The translations under genes and the position numbers were made by a program. The notes under the pieces are model-generated. The model saw nothing but the letters and a program-made list of their open reading frames with translations, made no database searches and was not told the origin of the DNA. A stretch of DNA of 64,000 nucleotides. Origin: Candidatus Methylacidiphilales bacterium. Its GTDB lineage: Bacteria; Verrucomicrobiota; Verrucomicrobiia; Methylacidiphilales; Verrucolacustridaceae. Every line of letters starts with the position of its first letter. Positions within the stretch are counted from its first letter, which is position 1. The stretch covers positions 78,680-142,679 of the forward strand of contig JBBAWB010000005.1 of the NCBI GenBank assembly GCA_040397385.1, in the 5' to 3' direction. Shown here piece after piece: positions 9,209 through 18,995 of this stretch.

Positions 9209-10216
9209 ATGCTTTCCATGCACGATTTGTCGGCTCCGACCCAAAAGCAAATGGCGACGCGCCTCGGGGTCTCGCAGTCGCTGGTTTCTCGCGCTCTTTC
9301 GGGGCGTGCCAGAGAAATCGGGGCATCTCGGGAGACGGTTGAAATGATCCGCCGCACGGCCGTGAAATGGAACTATCAGCCGAGCGCAACGGCACTCGCC
9401 TTGCTTGGTGCGCCGACGCGCACAATCGGCGTCGTGGTGAAACATTTTGATGACCCCTATTTCGGGCGACTCATTGGTGCGTTACAGATCCTGGCCTGTG
9501 AGAACGGCAACTCTCTTCTGCTCACCGGAGGCACCCAGGCGGATCTCGCCGGGCTACAAAAGCACCGGGTGGACGGCGTGATTTTGGCTGGCAGCGATTT
9601 CCAGCCGGAGGGCCTGCGGAGCTTTGCGCACGGAGGACTACCAGTGGTTCAGATCGGAACGGGTTCTTCTTTTTCGGGAACCATGCAGATTCACATGGAT
9701 GAAGAGGCGGGCATCGAAGAACTGGTAGGATATCTCGCGAGTTTAGGACATCGGGACATCGGGTTTGTCGCGGGGAGGACGGGATCGAACAGACGTCGTG
9801 GCGAAATCGTGCGGCGCAGACTGCGGGCACGAGGATTTTCCGTTAGACCCAAAGCGTTTATTTTTTCGGAGGGATCCGATGGTGAGGTTGCTGAACATGC
9901 GGTCGATGCGCTTCTCGGCTTGGGCCGGATGCCGACGGCAATGATTGCCGCGGAAGATTCCTTGGCGATCGCACTCCTGTGCTACCTTTACAAAAAAGGG
10001 ATTAGCGTACCGCGGGAGATTTCTATTGCAGGCATCGACGATATCGCTGTATCTGCGCATGCCACCCCTCCGCTTACGACGCTCCGACAACCCATTCCCG
10101 AAATGGCAGCTACTGCCTTTCGTGCACTCACTTTATCCGGCGGAAAAAGGAGGCCCGTGTCGGTCCCCGGGACCCTGATACTCCGCGATTCGTGCGCTCC
10201 ACTTGCTTCGCTCTAA
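9209..10216 (+). CDS. LacI-family transcriptional regulator
   Basis: I trimmed it to the ATG at 9209. The N-terminal HTH is '[22 protein letters not shown]', followed by a periplasmic-binding-protein-like sugar-sensor core ('IGVVV..FDDPYF', 'VDGVILAG', 'ISIAGIDD'). Confidence 0.9.
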   Translation: MLSMHDLSAPTQKQMATRLGVSQSLVSRALSGRAREIGASRETVEMIRRTAVKWNYQPSATALALLGAPTRTIGVVVKHFDDPYFGRLIGALQILACENGNSLLLTGGTQADLAGLQKHRVDGVILAGSDFQPEGLRSFAHGGLPVVQIGTGSSFSGTMQIHMDEEAGIEELVGYLASLGHRDIGFVAGRTGSNRRRGEIVRRRLRARGFSVRPKAFIFSEGSDGEVAEHAVDALLGLGRMPTAMIAAEDSLAIALLCYLYKKGISVPREISIAGIDDIAVSAHATPPLTTLRQPIPEMAATAFRALTLSGGKRRPVSVPGTLILRDSCAPLASL

Positions 10217-10236
10217 CACAATCCACAAACTCCATA

Positions 10237-10971
10237 ATGAAAATCACCATTGCAAAAACAAAACAGGAGTCAGGTGCCGCGGCGGCTGTGCTCGGCGCAA
10301 AACTCATCCGGGAAGCACTCCGCAAGAACGGAAAGGCCAACATCATCGTGGCCACCGGCGCATCGCAATTTGAAACAATCGGAAAGCTCGTGAGAGAACA
10401 GCGGATCGACTGGACGCGCGTCACAGCCTTTCATCTGGACGAGTACGTCGGAACGCCGATCACGCATCCCGCTTCGTTTCGGAAATATCTTTGGGAACGC
10501 TTTGTCAGCCAGCTTCCGCTCCCTCTCGCGGCATTCCATTACATCAATGGTGAAGGCGATGCCCAGGCCGAATGCCAACGCGTCAACGCGATCATTGCGA
10601 AGCATCCGATTGATGTTTGTTTCGCCGGGATTGGCGAGAACGGACATCTGGCCTTCAACGATCCGCCCGCCGATTTTAAAACTCATGCTCCCTATCTAGT
10701 TGTCCAACTCGATCAGGCATGTCGTCGCCAACAAATGGGTGAAGGCTGGTTTAAAACGTTGGCCCAGGTGCCACGTCGGGCCATCTCAATGTCCATCCAA
10801 CAAATCCTGAAATCAAAAGCCATCATCTGCACAGTGCCGGATCGGCGTAAAGCCAAGGCTGTGCGGGATTGCCTGCAGGGACAAATCTCCCCCCTTCACC
10901 CCTCCTCCATCTTACAAAAGCATCCTGCCACTTGGTGCTTTCTCGACCGAGCCTCCGCCTCCCTGCTCTAG
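10237..10971 (+). CDS. NagB/6-phosphogluconolactonase-family sugar-phosphate deaminase/isomerase (divergent second paralog)
   Basis: I trimmed it to '[11 protein letters not shown]'. Blocks: 'IIVATGASQ', 'AFHLDEYVG', '[19 protein letters not shown]'. It is clearly the same fold as nagB at 2434 but divergent. It starts 21 nt after the lacI-family stop. Confidence 0.85.
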   Translation: MKITIAKTKQESGAAAAVLGAKLIREALRKNGKANIIVATGASQFETIGKLVREQRIDWTRVTAFHLDEYVGTPITHPASFRKYLWERFVSQLPLPLAAFHYINGEGDAQAECQRVNAIIAKHPIDVCFAGIGENGHLAFNDPPADFKTHAPYLVVQLDQACRRQQMGEGWFKTLAQVPRRAISMSIQQILKSKAIICTVPDRRKAKAVRDCLQGQISPLHPSSILQKHPATWCFLDRASASLL

Positions 10972-10984
10972 GAGCTTTCTTTCG

Positions 10985-12232
10985 ATGACGCTTGAAAGAT
11001 TTTCCCTCGGACTGGGCGACCGCTTTGGAAAACAAGGCGTAGCCCAACTCGCCGCCCTGCAACAAGCCGCCTCCAAGGGCTTTGCCATCACCCCCGTTTG
11101 GAATAAATCCAACCGGGAACACAGTCTGATTGGCACTGGACCCGCCGATACCCAGCTGGCCGCTCAAAAGGCGGTGCAAACCGCGGGATGGACTCGCCCT
11201 TATCACCTCGATGCAGACCACATTGGCCTCAAGACAGTGGACCGCTTCCTACCCCACTGCGATTTTTACACGATCGACGTTGCCGATTTTATCCGGCAAC
11301 CAGCAACTCCCGAGGATACGAATGCCGTGCGAACCTACCTTCAGTCCATCGTGGGCCGAAAAATTCCTGAATTGGGGAAGACAGAAGCGATCCGCCAGAG
11401 TGAGATCGATACTTTCCTTTCGGTTTACGCCTCCGCCATTCGCGAGGCTGGCCGTATCTACCTCCACATCGCCAAAGCCAAAGGAGAAGAGAACTTCATC
11501 GCGGAAGTTTCCACAGATGAAGCGGAGACTCCTCAATCTCCCTTCGATCTTTACCTCATTCTCGGAGCCCTTGCCGGAGAAGGCGTACGCCTTCAAACTA
11601 TCGCCCCAAAATTCAGCGGGCACTTTAATAAAGGAGTGGATTACGTGGGAAATGTTAATCAATTCACCCGCGAATTTGCGCAGGACCTCACCGCGATCCG
11701 CATGGGCGTGACCGACTTCGGCTTGCCCTCCAATCTAAAAATCAGCGTGCACTCTGGAAGCGATAAGTTCTCGCTCTACCGCCCAATCCATACCCTTTTG
11801 GCCAAGCACGACGCGGGTCTCCATTTAAAAACGGCGGGGACCACCTGGCTGGAGGAGTTGATTGGTCTCTCTTTAGCGGGCGGGGATGGCCTTTCCGTGG
11901 CCCGGGAAATTTACAGCAAAGCTTTGGCTCGAATCGATGAACTCAGCCAACCCTATGCGACGGTCATCGATATCGATCGCTCGAAACTCCCCCAGCCAGC
12001 AGAGGTCAAACAATGGGATGGCCAAACTTTCGCCGACACCCTTGCCCATGATTCATCCCAACCGCGATTTAACCCCTCTTTCCGCCAACTTCTTCACGTC
12101 AGCTTTAAGGTTGCCGCCGAAATGGGAGACCGTTACCAGAACGCCTTGGATCAGGCTCAGGCCAAGATTTCGGCCTGCGTCACCACCAATCTTTTTCAGC
12201 GACATATCCAACCCCTGTTTTTTGGGCAATGA
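10985..12232 (+). CDS. UxaE-family (tagaturonate/fructuronate epimerase-like) sugar epimerase
   Basis: 415 aa. The blocks 'YHLDADHIG', 'EVSTDEAETPQSP', 'KISVHSGSDKFSLY', 'HLKTAGTTWLEE' and 'RQLLHVSF' match the conserved blocks I recall from Thermotoga UxaE (ADADHV / EVSVDETETPTSP / ISLHSGSDKFSVY / HVKTAGTSYLEA / RQLIHVTYG). Confidence 0.8.
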   Translation: MTLERFSLGLGDRFGKQGVAQLAALQQAASKGFAITPVWNKSNREHSLIGTGPADTQLAAQKAVQTAGWTRPYHLDADHIGLKTVDRFLPHCDFYTIDVADFIRQPATPEDTNAVRTYLQSIVGRKIPELGKTEAIRQSEIDTFLSVYASAIREAGRIYLHIAKAKGEENFIAEVSTDEAETPQSPFDLYLILGALAGEGVRLQTIAPKFSGHFNKGVDYVGNVNQFTREFAQDLTAIRMGVTDFGLPSNLKISVHSGSDKFSLYRPIHTLLAKHDAGLHLKTAGTTWLEELIGLSLAGGDGLSVAREIYSKALARIDELSQPYATVIDIDRSKLPQPAEVKQWDGQTFADTLAHDSSQPRFNPSFRQLLHVSFKVAAEMGDRYQNALDQAQAKISACVTTNLFQRHIQPLFFGQ

Positions 12233-13158
12233 AATCCTGTCTTTTTGATATTCAGGTCAATGGGTTTGCGGGGGTCGACTTTCAGCAGCCGGGCTTGACC
12301 GCCACGGATCTTACTCGTGCGGTCGAGGGGCTGGCCTCCCACGAAACCCAGCGTTTTTTTCTTACCCTAATCACAGACTCCATCCCCTCTTTATGCAGTA
12401 AGTTGGAAAATTTTGAATCCATCCGAGCCAAGAACCCGATCCTTTCCGCAGCGATCTGCGGCTATCACATTGAGGGCCCATGGCTTTCTCCAGAACCTGG
12501 ATATAGCGGTGCCCATGATCCCCGCTTCATGGGTCCTCCTAATTTGGCAGATTTGGAACGACTTCAGAAGGCAGCTCATGGCCACATCAAGCTCATCACC
12601 TTGGCGCCAGAGTGGCCAAAAAGCGCCTCCTTCATCCAGCTGGCTCGTGCGCAAGGCATCCATATCTCTTTGGGACACACCAACGCATCGGAAAATGATA
12701 TCGATGTAGCAATCTCCGCTGGCGCACTTTTTTGCACCCACCTGGGAAACGGTACTCCCGCAGATCTGCCGAAACACGACAACATCATCCAGCGCCTGCT
12801 CTGTCGGGATGAATTGACCGCTTTTTTTATTCCCGACGGTATTCATATTCGGCCCGCAACCTTGAAGAGTTATTTCCGAGCCAAACCCCACGGCCAAGCC
12901 TTGTTCACCACCGACTGCATGGCGGCAGCAGGAGCTCCTCCTGGTCGCTTTCGTATTGCCCACCACGAAGTGGAAGTAGGCCCAGATCGGGTTGTCCGCT
13001 CTCCCATTACGGGCACCTTGGCAGGGTCTGCCCTAGCCCCAGACGAGGGAGTCAGGAACATCTGCCGCTGGGTTGGACTAGACGAAACCGAGGCGCGACG
13101 CCTGTTCTCGACTTCCATTTCCGCTGCCTTCAACGTCGTTCTTCCGACCCTAAAATGA
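12229..13158 (+). CDS. N-acetylhexosamine-6-phosphate deacetylase family (NagA/AgaA-like), short form
   Basis: 309 aa with 'DIQVNGFAGVDF', 'GYHIEGPW', 'ISLGHTNAS', 'CTHLGNG', 'IPDGIHI', 'LFTTDCMAAAG'. It lacks the usual ~50-aa N-terminal beta-sandwich. Its ATG overlaps the uxaE-like stop (ATGA). Confidence 0.8.
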   Translation: MKSCLFDIQVNGFAGVDFQQPGLTATDLTRAVEGLASHETQRFFLTLITDSIPSLCSKLENFESIRAKNPILSAAICGYHIEGPWLSPEPGYSGAHDPRFMGPPNLADLERLQKAAHGHIKLITLAPEWPKSASFIQLARAQGIHISLGHTNASENDIDVAISAGALFCTHLGNGTPADLPKHDNIIQRLLCRDELTAFFIPDGIHIRPATLKSYFRAKPHGQALFTTDCMAAAGAPPGRFRIAHHEVEVGPDRVVRSPITGTLAGSALAPDEGVRNICRWVGLDETEARRLFSTSISAAFNVVLPTLK

Positions 13159-13249
13159 CGACGGAAATTCTTCGGCCCAGATTAGGAGTTCACATTGGAT
13201 TCTAGGCTGCTGCCGGGAGCAGGGATATTTGAGATGTAAAAATGCACCC

Positions 13250-14002
13250 ATGAAAAAGAAAACATGTCTTGTTACGGGTGGGGGAACGGGAATCGGCCGT
13301 GCGGTAGCGCAGCGGTTCTCTGAAGAAGGTGCCGAAGTGTGGGTGGTTGGCCGATCGCAGAAAACCCTGGACGAGACCGTGTCGATTATCGGCGACCGTT
13401 GCATCTCACGGGTCTGTGATGTTACCGATGCCGCAGGACTTGAGGATATCATCGAATCGATGCCCGCGCTGGACGTGCTGGTGAGCAACGCGGCGGTCAG
13501 CTTTGCCATTGCCCCGCTTGAGGATCCCATCGAGCAGTGGCGCAAGATGATCGAGGTGAACATGTGGGGGACGGTCAATGCCTGCCGAGCCGCCGGGAGG
13601 AGAATGATCCGTGACGGCCGAGGTGGGCGGATTGTCATTGTCAGCTCGGTCCACCACCAGCTTGCCGAACCGGGCAACACGCCCTACGGAATGGCGAAGG
13701 CGGCCATCAACCAGCTGGCCCGGGGTCTGGCCTGTGAATGGGCGGCCCATGGAATTCTTGTGAATGTTGTCGCGCCCGGATTTGTGCTGACCCCGATGAG
13801 TTTTGCCTCGGGTGTGAATGAACTCGAAAGCGACTGGTGCAAGCTGTTCTTCTTCAATCCGGATGGCCCACGGGTTCCATTGCTTAGGGCGGGCAAGCCG
13901 GAGGAGATCGCCGAGGCGGTTCTGTTCTTTGCCAATCCGCGCAACACCTATTGCACCGGCAGCACTCTCACGGTGGATGGAGGGCTAAGCATTAAGTTCT
14001 GA
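13250..14002 (+). CDS. short-chain dehydrogenase/reductase
   Basis: I trimmed it to 'MKKKTCLVTGGGTGIGRAVA'. It has 'SNAAV' and the catalytic 'YGMAKAAI'. Confidence 0.88.
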   Translation: MKKKTCLVTGGGTGIGRAVAQRFSEEGAEVWVVGRSQKTLDETVSIIGDRCISRVCDVTDAAGLEDIIESMPALDVLVSNAAVSFAIAPLEDPIEQWRKMIEVNMWGTVNACRAAGRRMIRDGRGGRIVIVSSVHHQLAEPGNTPYGMAKAAINQLARGLACEWAAHGILVNVVAPGFVLTPMSFASGVNELESDWCKLFFFNPDGPRVPLLRAGKPEEIAEAVLFFANPRNTYCTGSTLTVDGGLSIKF

Positions 14003-14107
14003 ACTCTTCAGGCCTTGGCTTCTATGCCGGCAAGATGGGAATGCTCCTCTTGCCTGAATGACCGGGCTGCTAACCAAAATGAGAATAATTCAAACCAATC
14101 AACAACT

Positions 14108-15286
14108 ATGAAAATTGAGTGTGTGGATCTTTTTTACCTTTCGATGCCCGAGGTGCTAAACATCGGCGACGGTAGCCAGGACGCCCTGCTTGTACGCGTC
14201 GAGGCCGGTGGACTTGTCGGATGGGGGGAGTGCGAAACCTCGCCGCTGACCTCAATCGCATCGGCGGTGGCCCCAATGTCGCACAGCGCCTGTAAGCCTG
14301 TTCTTGCTTCGGTGCTTGGCGAAGCCCTCGACGGCCCGTCTGATATTGCACGCATCGGTGACCTGGTGCGGGCCAACAGCTTCGACCAGCTCCAGATGGA
14401 CCACACCCTCTCTGGAATCGACATCGCACTTTGGGACTTGATGGGAAAAAAGCTCGGAGAGCCCGCCTGGCGGCTGGTCGGTTATGATGAATCCTACCGC
14501 AAACGGCCTTATGCCTCGGTGCTCTTCGGAGATTCCCCGGCGGAAACCCACGCCAAGGTTGCTCGCATCCGGCAAGCCGGGTTTTCGGCGGTGAAGCTGG
14601 GATGGGGACCGTTTGGGCGGAGTGCGGCCAAGGACGACGCCACGCAGGTGCATGCGGCACGCGAGGCCCTGGGGGCAGATGGCATCCTCCTTATTGATGC
14701 GGGCACGGTTTTTTCAGAAAATTTGACACGTGCCTCTGAGAGGCTCCCGGCTTTGTCGAAAGCAAAGGTCCATTGGTTCGAGGAGCCCTTTCACAACTAC
14801 GCTCTGGATGCTTATGGAGAGTTGGCCAAAACTTCTCCGCGAGTCCCCCTTGCCGGCGGGGAGGGCTCGCACAACGCCCATCAGGCTGTGCAGATGATGC
14901 GGCAAGGCGGGGTCAGATTCATCCAGGTGGACACGGGCCGCATCGGAGGCATTAGCTCCGCCAAGCAGGTGGCCGATCAGGCTGTCGTGCTCGGAGTGAC
15001 CTATGTGAACCATACATTTACCTCAGGGCTGGCGCTGGCCGCCTCTCTTGTTCCCTTCGCCGGCCTCGAAAATCATGTCATTTGCGAATACCCGGTCGAA
15101 CCGAAACCCCTGGCAAGCGAACTGGCCGGAAATCCTTTTCCTCTCGATAGTGATGGCATGATCTCTATCAGCGATGCCCCGGGCCTGGGCGTGGAAGTCG
15201 ATGTGGCCGCGCTGCAGAAATACCTGGTTCCCGTTGAAATCCGCGTCGGAGGCAAGTTGATTTACGAGACCCCCAAACTGAGATGA
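14108..15286 (+). CDS. enolase-superfamily (mandelate racemase/muconate lactonizing) enzyme, probable acid-sugar dehydratase
   Basis: I trimmed it to 'MKIECVDLFYLSMP'. It has 'GWGECE', 'SGIDIALWDLMGKKLGEP', 'LLIDAG', 'WFEEP' and 'FIQVDTGRIGGIS'. Confidence 0.88.
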   Translation: MKIECVDLFYLSMPEVLNIGDGSQDALLVRVEAGGLVGWGECETSPLTSIASAVAPMSHSACKPVLASVLGEALDGPSDIARIGDLVRANSFDQLQMDHTLSGIDIALWDLMGKKLGEPAWRLVGYDESYRKRPYASVLFGDSPAETHAKVARIRQAGFSAVKLGWGPFGRSAAKDDATQVHAAREALGADGILLIDAGTVFSENLTRASERLPALSKAKVHWFEEPFHNYALDAYGELAKTSPRVPLAGGEGSHNAHQAVQMMRQGGVRFIQVDTGRIGGISSAKQVADQAVVLGVTYVNHTFTSGLALAASLVPFAGLENHVICEYPVEPKPLASELAGNPFPLDSDGMISISDAPGLGVEVDVAALQKYLVPVEIRVGGKLIYETPKLR

Positions 15287-15290
15287 GCTG

Positions 15291-16067
15291 ATGCAAAAAA
15301 CCGTTTTAGCTATTGGGGCGCATCCCGACGATATCGAGTTCCTCTATTCCGGCACCCTTCTCCTTCTGAAGCAGCGGGGATGGGCAATTCACATGTGGAA
15401 TCTTGCCGATGGAAGCGCCGGATCCAAGACGCTGTCCTCCGGGGTGATCGCAGCCAAACGCTGGGAAGAATCTCTGGCTTCGGCCCGGATTCTAGGAGCC
15501 ACTCTGCATCCACCGATTTTCAAGGATCTCGGCATCTTTTACGATGCCCCCTCGTTGGCCCTAGTTTCCTCCGCGGTGCGAGCCATCGATCCCTCGATCA
15601 TCCTGACGCATCCTCCCTCCGACTATATGGCGGACCATGAGAACACTTGCCGTTTAGTTGTGACTGCTGCGATAGCCAAAGGGATCCCAAACTATCCGGT
15701 TGTTCCGCCCCACGAGGCGAAAGACGGCCCAGTGGCATTGTATCATGCCCCGCCATTAGGCTGTCGGACGGGTTTGAATGAACCTGTCATCCCGAGACTG
15801 TTTGTGGACATCGGCTCCGTGTTGCAGGACAAAGTCCGGATGCTGCTGGCTCATGAAAGCCAAATGGAATGGCTCCGGCAAACGCAGACGATGACCAGCT
15901 TGGAAGATGTTGTGCTTACCGAGTCGAGAAATGTTGGGAAACTGAGCGGTGTGTTCCAGTGCGCGGAGGCCTTCACGCCCCACGATAACCGTGGCTACTG
16001 CCCGGGAAACTTCAAGCCGTTGGAGGAGGCTCTCGGCGCGAATGCTTTTTGCAAGCCACGGCCATGA
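15291..16067 (+). CDS. PIG-L/LmbE-family N-acetylsugar deacetylase
   Basis: 258 aa. The N-terminal 'VLAIGAHPDDIEF' and later 'HPPSDYMADHENT' are the metal-binding motifs of this family. Confidence 0.85.
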   Translation: MQKTVLAIGAHPDDIEFLYSGTLLLLKQRGWAIHMWNLADGSAGSKTLSSGVIAAKRWEESLASARILGATLHPPIFKDLGIFYDAPSLALVSSAVRAIDPSIILTHPPSDYMADHENTCRLVVTAAIAKGIPNYPVVPPHEAKDGPVALYHAPPLGCRTGLNEPVIPRLFVDIGSVLQDKVRMLLAHESQMEWLRQTQTMTSLEDVVLTESRNVGKLSGVFQCAEAFTPHDNRGYCPGNFKPLEEALGANAFCKPRP

Positions 16068-16187
16068 TGGCAATTTTGTAATGGGTAGCCACCGGACAGT
16101 TCTGGCGCCTTATCCCAAAGTCGGAGATGCGGAGCAGGGTTCCTTCACCGATCGTACCAATATCCCATCCGGATTGAGCGCGAACAC

Positions 16188-17570
16188 CTAACGGCGCGAT
16201 TCCCTATGAAACCGGACATAGAGTATTCCGCTAAATACCAAAGCCAACCCGTAGCAAAACGCCGGTAGAAGCAAAGATAGCCGGTAGTTATTGCCGGAAA
16301 CATCGATCAACTTTCCACCGATCGGACTGATGATCGCGGCTCCCAAAGCGCCGACAATCGCGCCCGCAGAAGCAAATTGCCCGTATTGCGCCCTCGGATA
16401 CATGTCCACCGTCCACTTGCCCAAAGCAAGAAAGATCAGGAATCCGGGAATACTGAGGAGAAATCCGAGAAGGAATGCGGTGGTCCGATCCTGAATGAAG
16501 AAAAAGCACATCAAGAACAAAACGATTCCACTCGCCAAACCGATCATCAGCGCTTTTTGGCTGTCCAGCCGGTCGATTAAAGCGCCAAAAGGCGCCGAAA
16601 GCAGAAGGTTTGCCCCAAGGGTAAATGTTGTCAGGCGCCCGAACTCCTCTTCACTCAGGCCGATCTGGTCGCGATAGAAAAAAAGATAAAACACTCCGAT
16701 CGCACTGCCCCATTGAATCGAGCCGTAGACCAGAAATATCAGCCAGTTTCTGGAACTTCCAAAGCACCGAATAAAATAATTTCTTACTGGCGAGAACCAC
16801 TCGCCTTTTTCCTCAATCACCTCGGGGTATCCACCTTCCTTTACTTTCAGACACATAAAAACAAACGAAATGCCGTAAAGAGCCGCGAAGATCGCAAAGA
16901 GCAAACGCATATGCTGGTGTGCATATCCAAAAATGAACCAATTAAAAACAATTCCCGCCAGAATTCCGAAAACACGAAACCATCCATAGAACCGGCCGAT
17001 GAATGGCTCGGGCACCGTATCGGGAATCAAATAGTAATAGATGGTGCTGATGAACATGTTGAAAATCTGGAAAGCGAGAATCAATAGGCCGAAAACGAAA
17101 ACCAGTGGAGCGAATGGAAGGATCTCGAGAGCGGCCCGGACCGGAGCGAACTTTTGCAATGCGGAGCAAATCTGCGGCGACCAGGGAATAAGAATCAGAA
17201 AGATAACGACGAACGGTGTCGCAAACAACAGGAAGGGCCGCCTACGCCCCCATCTGCCGCGGTAGCGATCCGAATAACTGCTGATGACAGGATTTAGTGC
17301 AATGTTGCAGAGCTGAAAGATTGTGGTGGTGAGGACGGCAATTGCCTGATTGCTCATTCCGTGGTCCTTCATTTGCATGTTCAGCAGCGAAGGCATGGAT
17401 TCCATCAGGGAAAAGGTAAAATCGCCCCAAAGCAACCAGGCAAACAGCGTGATCAGGCCTGCGGGCGTATAGTGGAGAGTTCCACAAGTATATTTCTCCC
17501 TCTGACTGCCGGATGCCTCCTCATTTTTGCGCATCCACCAGCTCTTTAACTTAATGCTCAATGCATTCAT
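16188..17570 (-). CDS. MFS-type sugar transporter (glycoside-pentoside-hexuronide-like)
   Basis: 460 aa and about 12 hydrophobic helices. The loop 'SDRYRGRWGRRRPF' after TM2 is the typical MFS/GPH signature. Confidence 0.85.
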   Translation of the reverse strand: MNALSIKLKSWWMRKNEEASGSQREKYTCGTLHYTPAGLITLFAWLLWGDFTFSLMESMPSLLNMQMKDHGMSNQAIAVLTTTIFQLCNIALNPVISSYSDRYRGRWGRRRPFLLFATPFVVIFLILIPWSPQICSALQKFAPVRAALEILPFAPLVFVFGLLILAFQIFNMFISTIYYYLIPDTVPEPFIGRFYGWFRVFGILAGIVFNWFIFGYAHQHMRLLFAIFAALYGISFVFMCLKVKEGGYPEVIEEKGEWFSPVRNYFIRCFGSSRNWLIFLVYGSIQWGSAIGVFYLFFYRDQIGLSEEEFGRLTTFTLGANLLLSAPFGALIDRLDSQKALMIGLASGIVLFLMCFFFIQDRTTAFLLGFLLSIPGFLIFLALGKWTVDMYPRAQYGQFASAGAIVGALGAAIISPIGGKLIDVSGNNYRLSLLLPAFCYGLALVFSGILYVRFHRESRR

Positions 17571-17596
17571 GATCTGGCCGGATAGACGAGCACTTA

Positions 17597-18922
17597 TCAG
17601 ATCAGTTCGCTCAAACGGTCAGCCGTCGGCTTGAGGGGCAGAAGATCATTGATGACAACCGGCTGCCCTGTGGCGATCGAAAGATTTCCGGCTGCTCCAA
17701 TCAAGAGCGAGGCTGTGCCTTGCTCATGGCCGGCACTACGGTTGAGTGGATCAAACGGCGGGGAGGCAGAAAACATTTGTTCCTGAATTAAAGGATCTCC
17801 TCCGCCGTGCCCTCCCTCTGCTGCCGGAACCTCCACAACCACGGGTTCCGAAAATAGCTTCTGAACCTGGAGGCGAGTGGAATATGCCTCCCGTTCCGCT
17901 TTAATTTTCGGGTCACCGGTGATGATGTGCGAGGAGTGATTTTCCACATATTCTATGCGTCCGGCATCGCCGGAAATCGAAGCGCGAAAGCCTTCTGCCG
18001 GGCAGTAAGCGTTAAGAGAATAGGTGACCATTTCGCCTCTGCGATATTTGATGAGCAAGCTCATGGAGTCCTCGATATCTATATCCTCGCGGAAGACATT
18101 CTGGTCCCTGATATAGCCAGTCTCGGCCTCCGCATTGTAGTAAAGGCCGCGCATCGCGGGGTCGCTATCAACATCCAGCCGGAACGGATCGCCCTTGGAA
18201 GCTGGAACTCCAGTATAGCGATCATATCGCGTCCAGGCCTCGTTGCCGCGACTCATGGCATTCTTTTTTCCATAAAAAACCAACCCGCCCAGTCCGTATA
18301 CCAGCGCAGGAATCCCATCAAGCCACCAATTGATAAGATCAAAATGATGAGTGGACTTGTGAACGAGCAAGCCTCCGCTGCAGTTCTTCCGGCTATGCCA
18401 ACGCCGAAAGTAATCCGCGCCGTGGGAAGTATTCAACATATACTCGAAATCAATGTGTCGGACCCGGCCTATACTTCCTTGGGCGATCAGTTCTCTCACT
18501 TTGCCGACACCAGGTGACCAACGCATGTTGAAGATAGTTCGCACGCGACGGCCCGTTCGTTCCACCGCGGCAAAGATGAGCCGAGCCTTGTCGGCATCGG
18601 TGGTCAGTGGTTTCTCAGAGATCACATCCGCTCCGTAGTCCAGGCTCTTCACAATATACTCGTGATGGAGAAAGTCGGGGGTGCAAACAATAACGGTGTC
18701 GGGCCTTGTCTCCCGCAGCATTTGATCAAAGTCCGCATAAGTTGGAACCGGGGCGATCCCATAGTCACGAACAAGCCGCTGCTGGTGGTAAGAGCATCGC
18801 GTTGCGCTTGTGTCACACAAGCCGACCAGTTCACAGTCGTTGCGGTATTTCCCAACAATGGGATCGATGAACATCGGGATGCGTCCCCCGGTTCCCACGG
18901 CGGCAAATTTTCGTTTACTCAT
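17597..18922 (-). CDS. Gfo/Idh/MocA-family NAD(P)-dependent oxidoreductase
   Basis: 441 aa. N-terminal Rossmann 'KFAAVGTGGR', then 'VIVCTPDFLHHEY', 'DVISEKPL' (EKP motif), and the C-terminal alpha/beta domain. Confidence 0.88.
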   Translation of the reverse strand: MSKRKFAAVGTGGRIPMFIDPIVGKYRNDCELVGLCDTSATRCSYHQQRLVRDYGIAPVPTYADFDQMLRETRPDTVIVCTPDFLHHEYIVKSLDYGADVISEKPLTTDADKARLIFAAVERTGRRVRTIFNMRWSPGVGKVRELIAQGSIGRVRHIDFEYMLNTSHGADYFRRWHSRKNCSGGLLVHKSTHHFDLINWWLDGIPALVYGLGGLVFYGKKNAMSRGNEAWTRYDRYTGVPASKGDPFRLDVDSDPAMRGLYYNAEAETGYIRDQNVFREDIDIEDSMSLLIKYRRGEMVTYSLNAYCPAEGFRASISGDAGRIEYVENHSSHIITGDPKIKAEREAYSTRLQVQKLFSEPVVVEVPAAEGGHGGGDPLIQEQMFSASPPFDPLNRSAGHEQGTASLLIGAAGNLSIATGQPVVINDLLPLKPTADRLSELI

Positions 18923-18995
18923 TGATTTGTCTGATCGGCGAATCGGGGAGCTGCCACTTCCGGGTTCATTTCCTATTCTTCACGGCTGCCATCGG

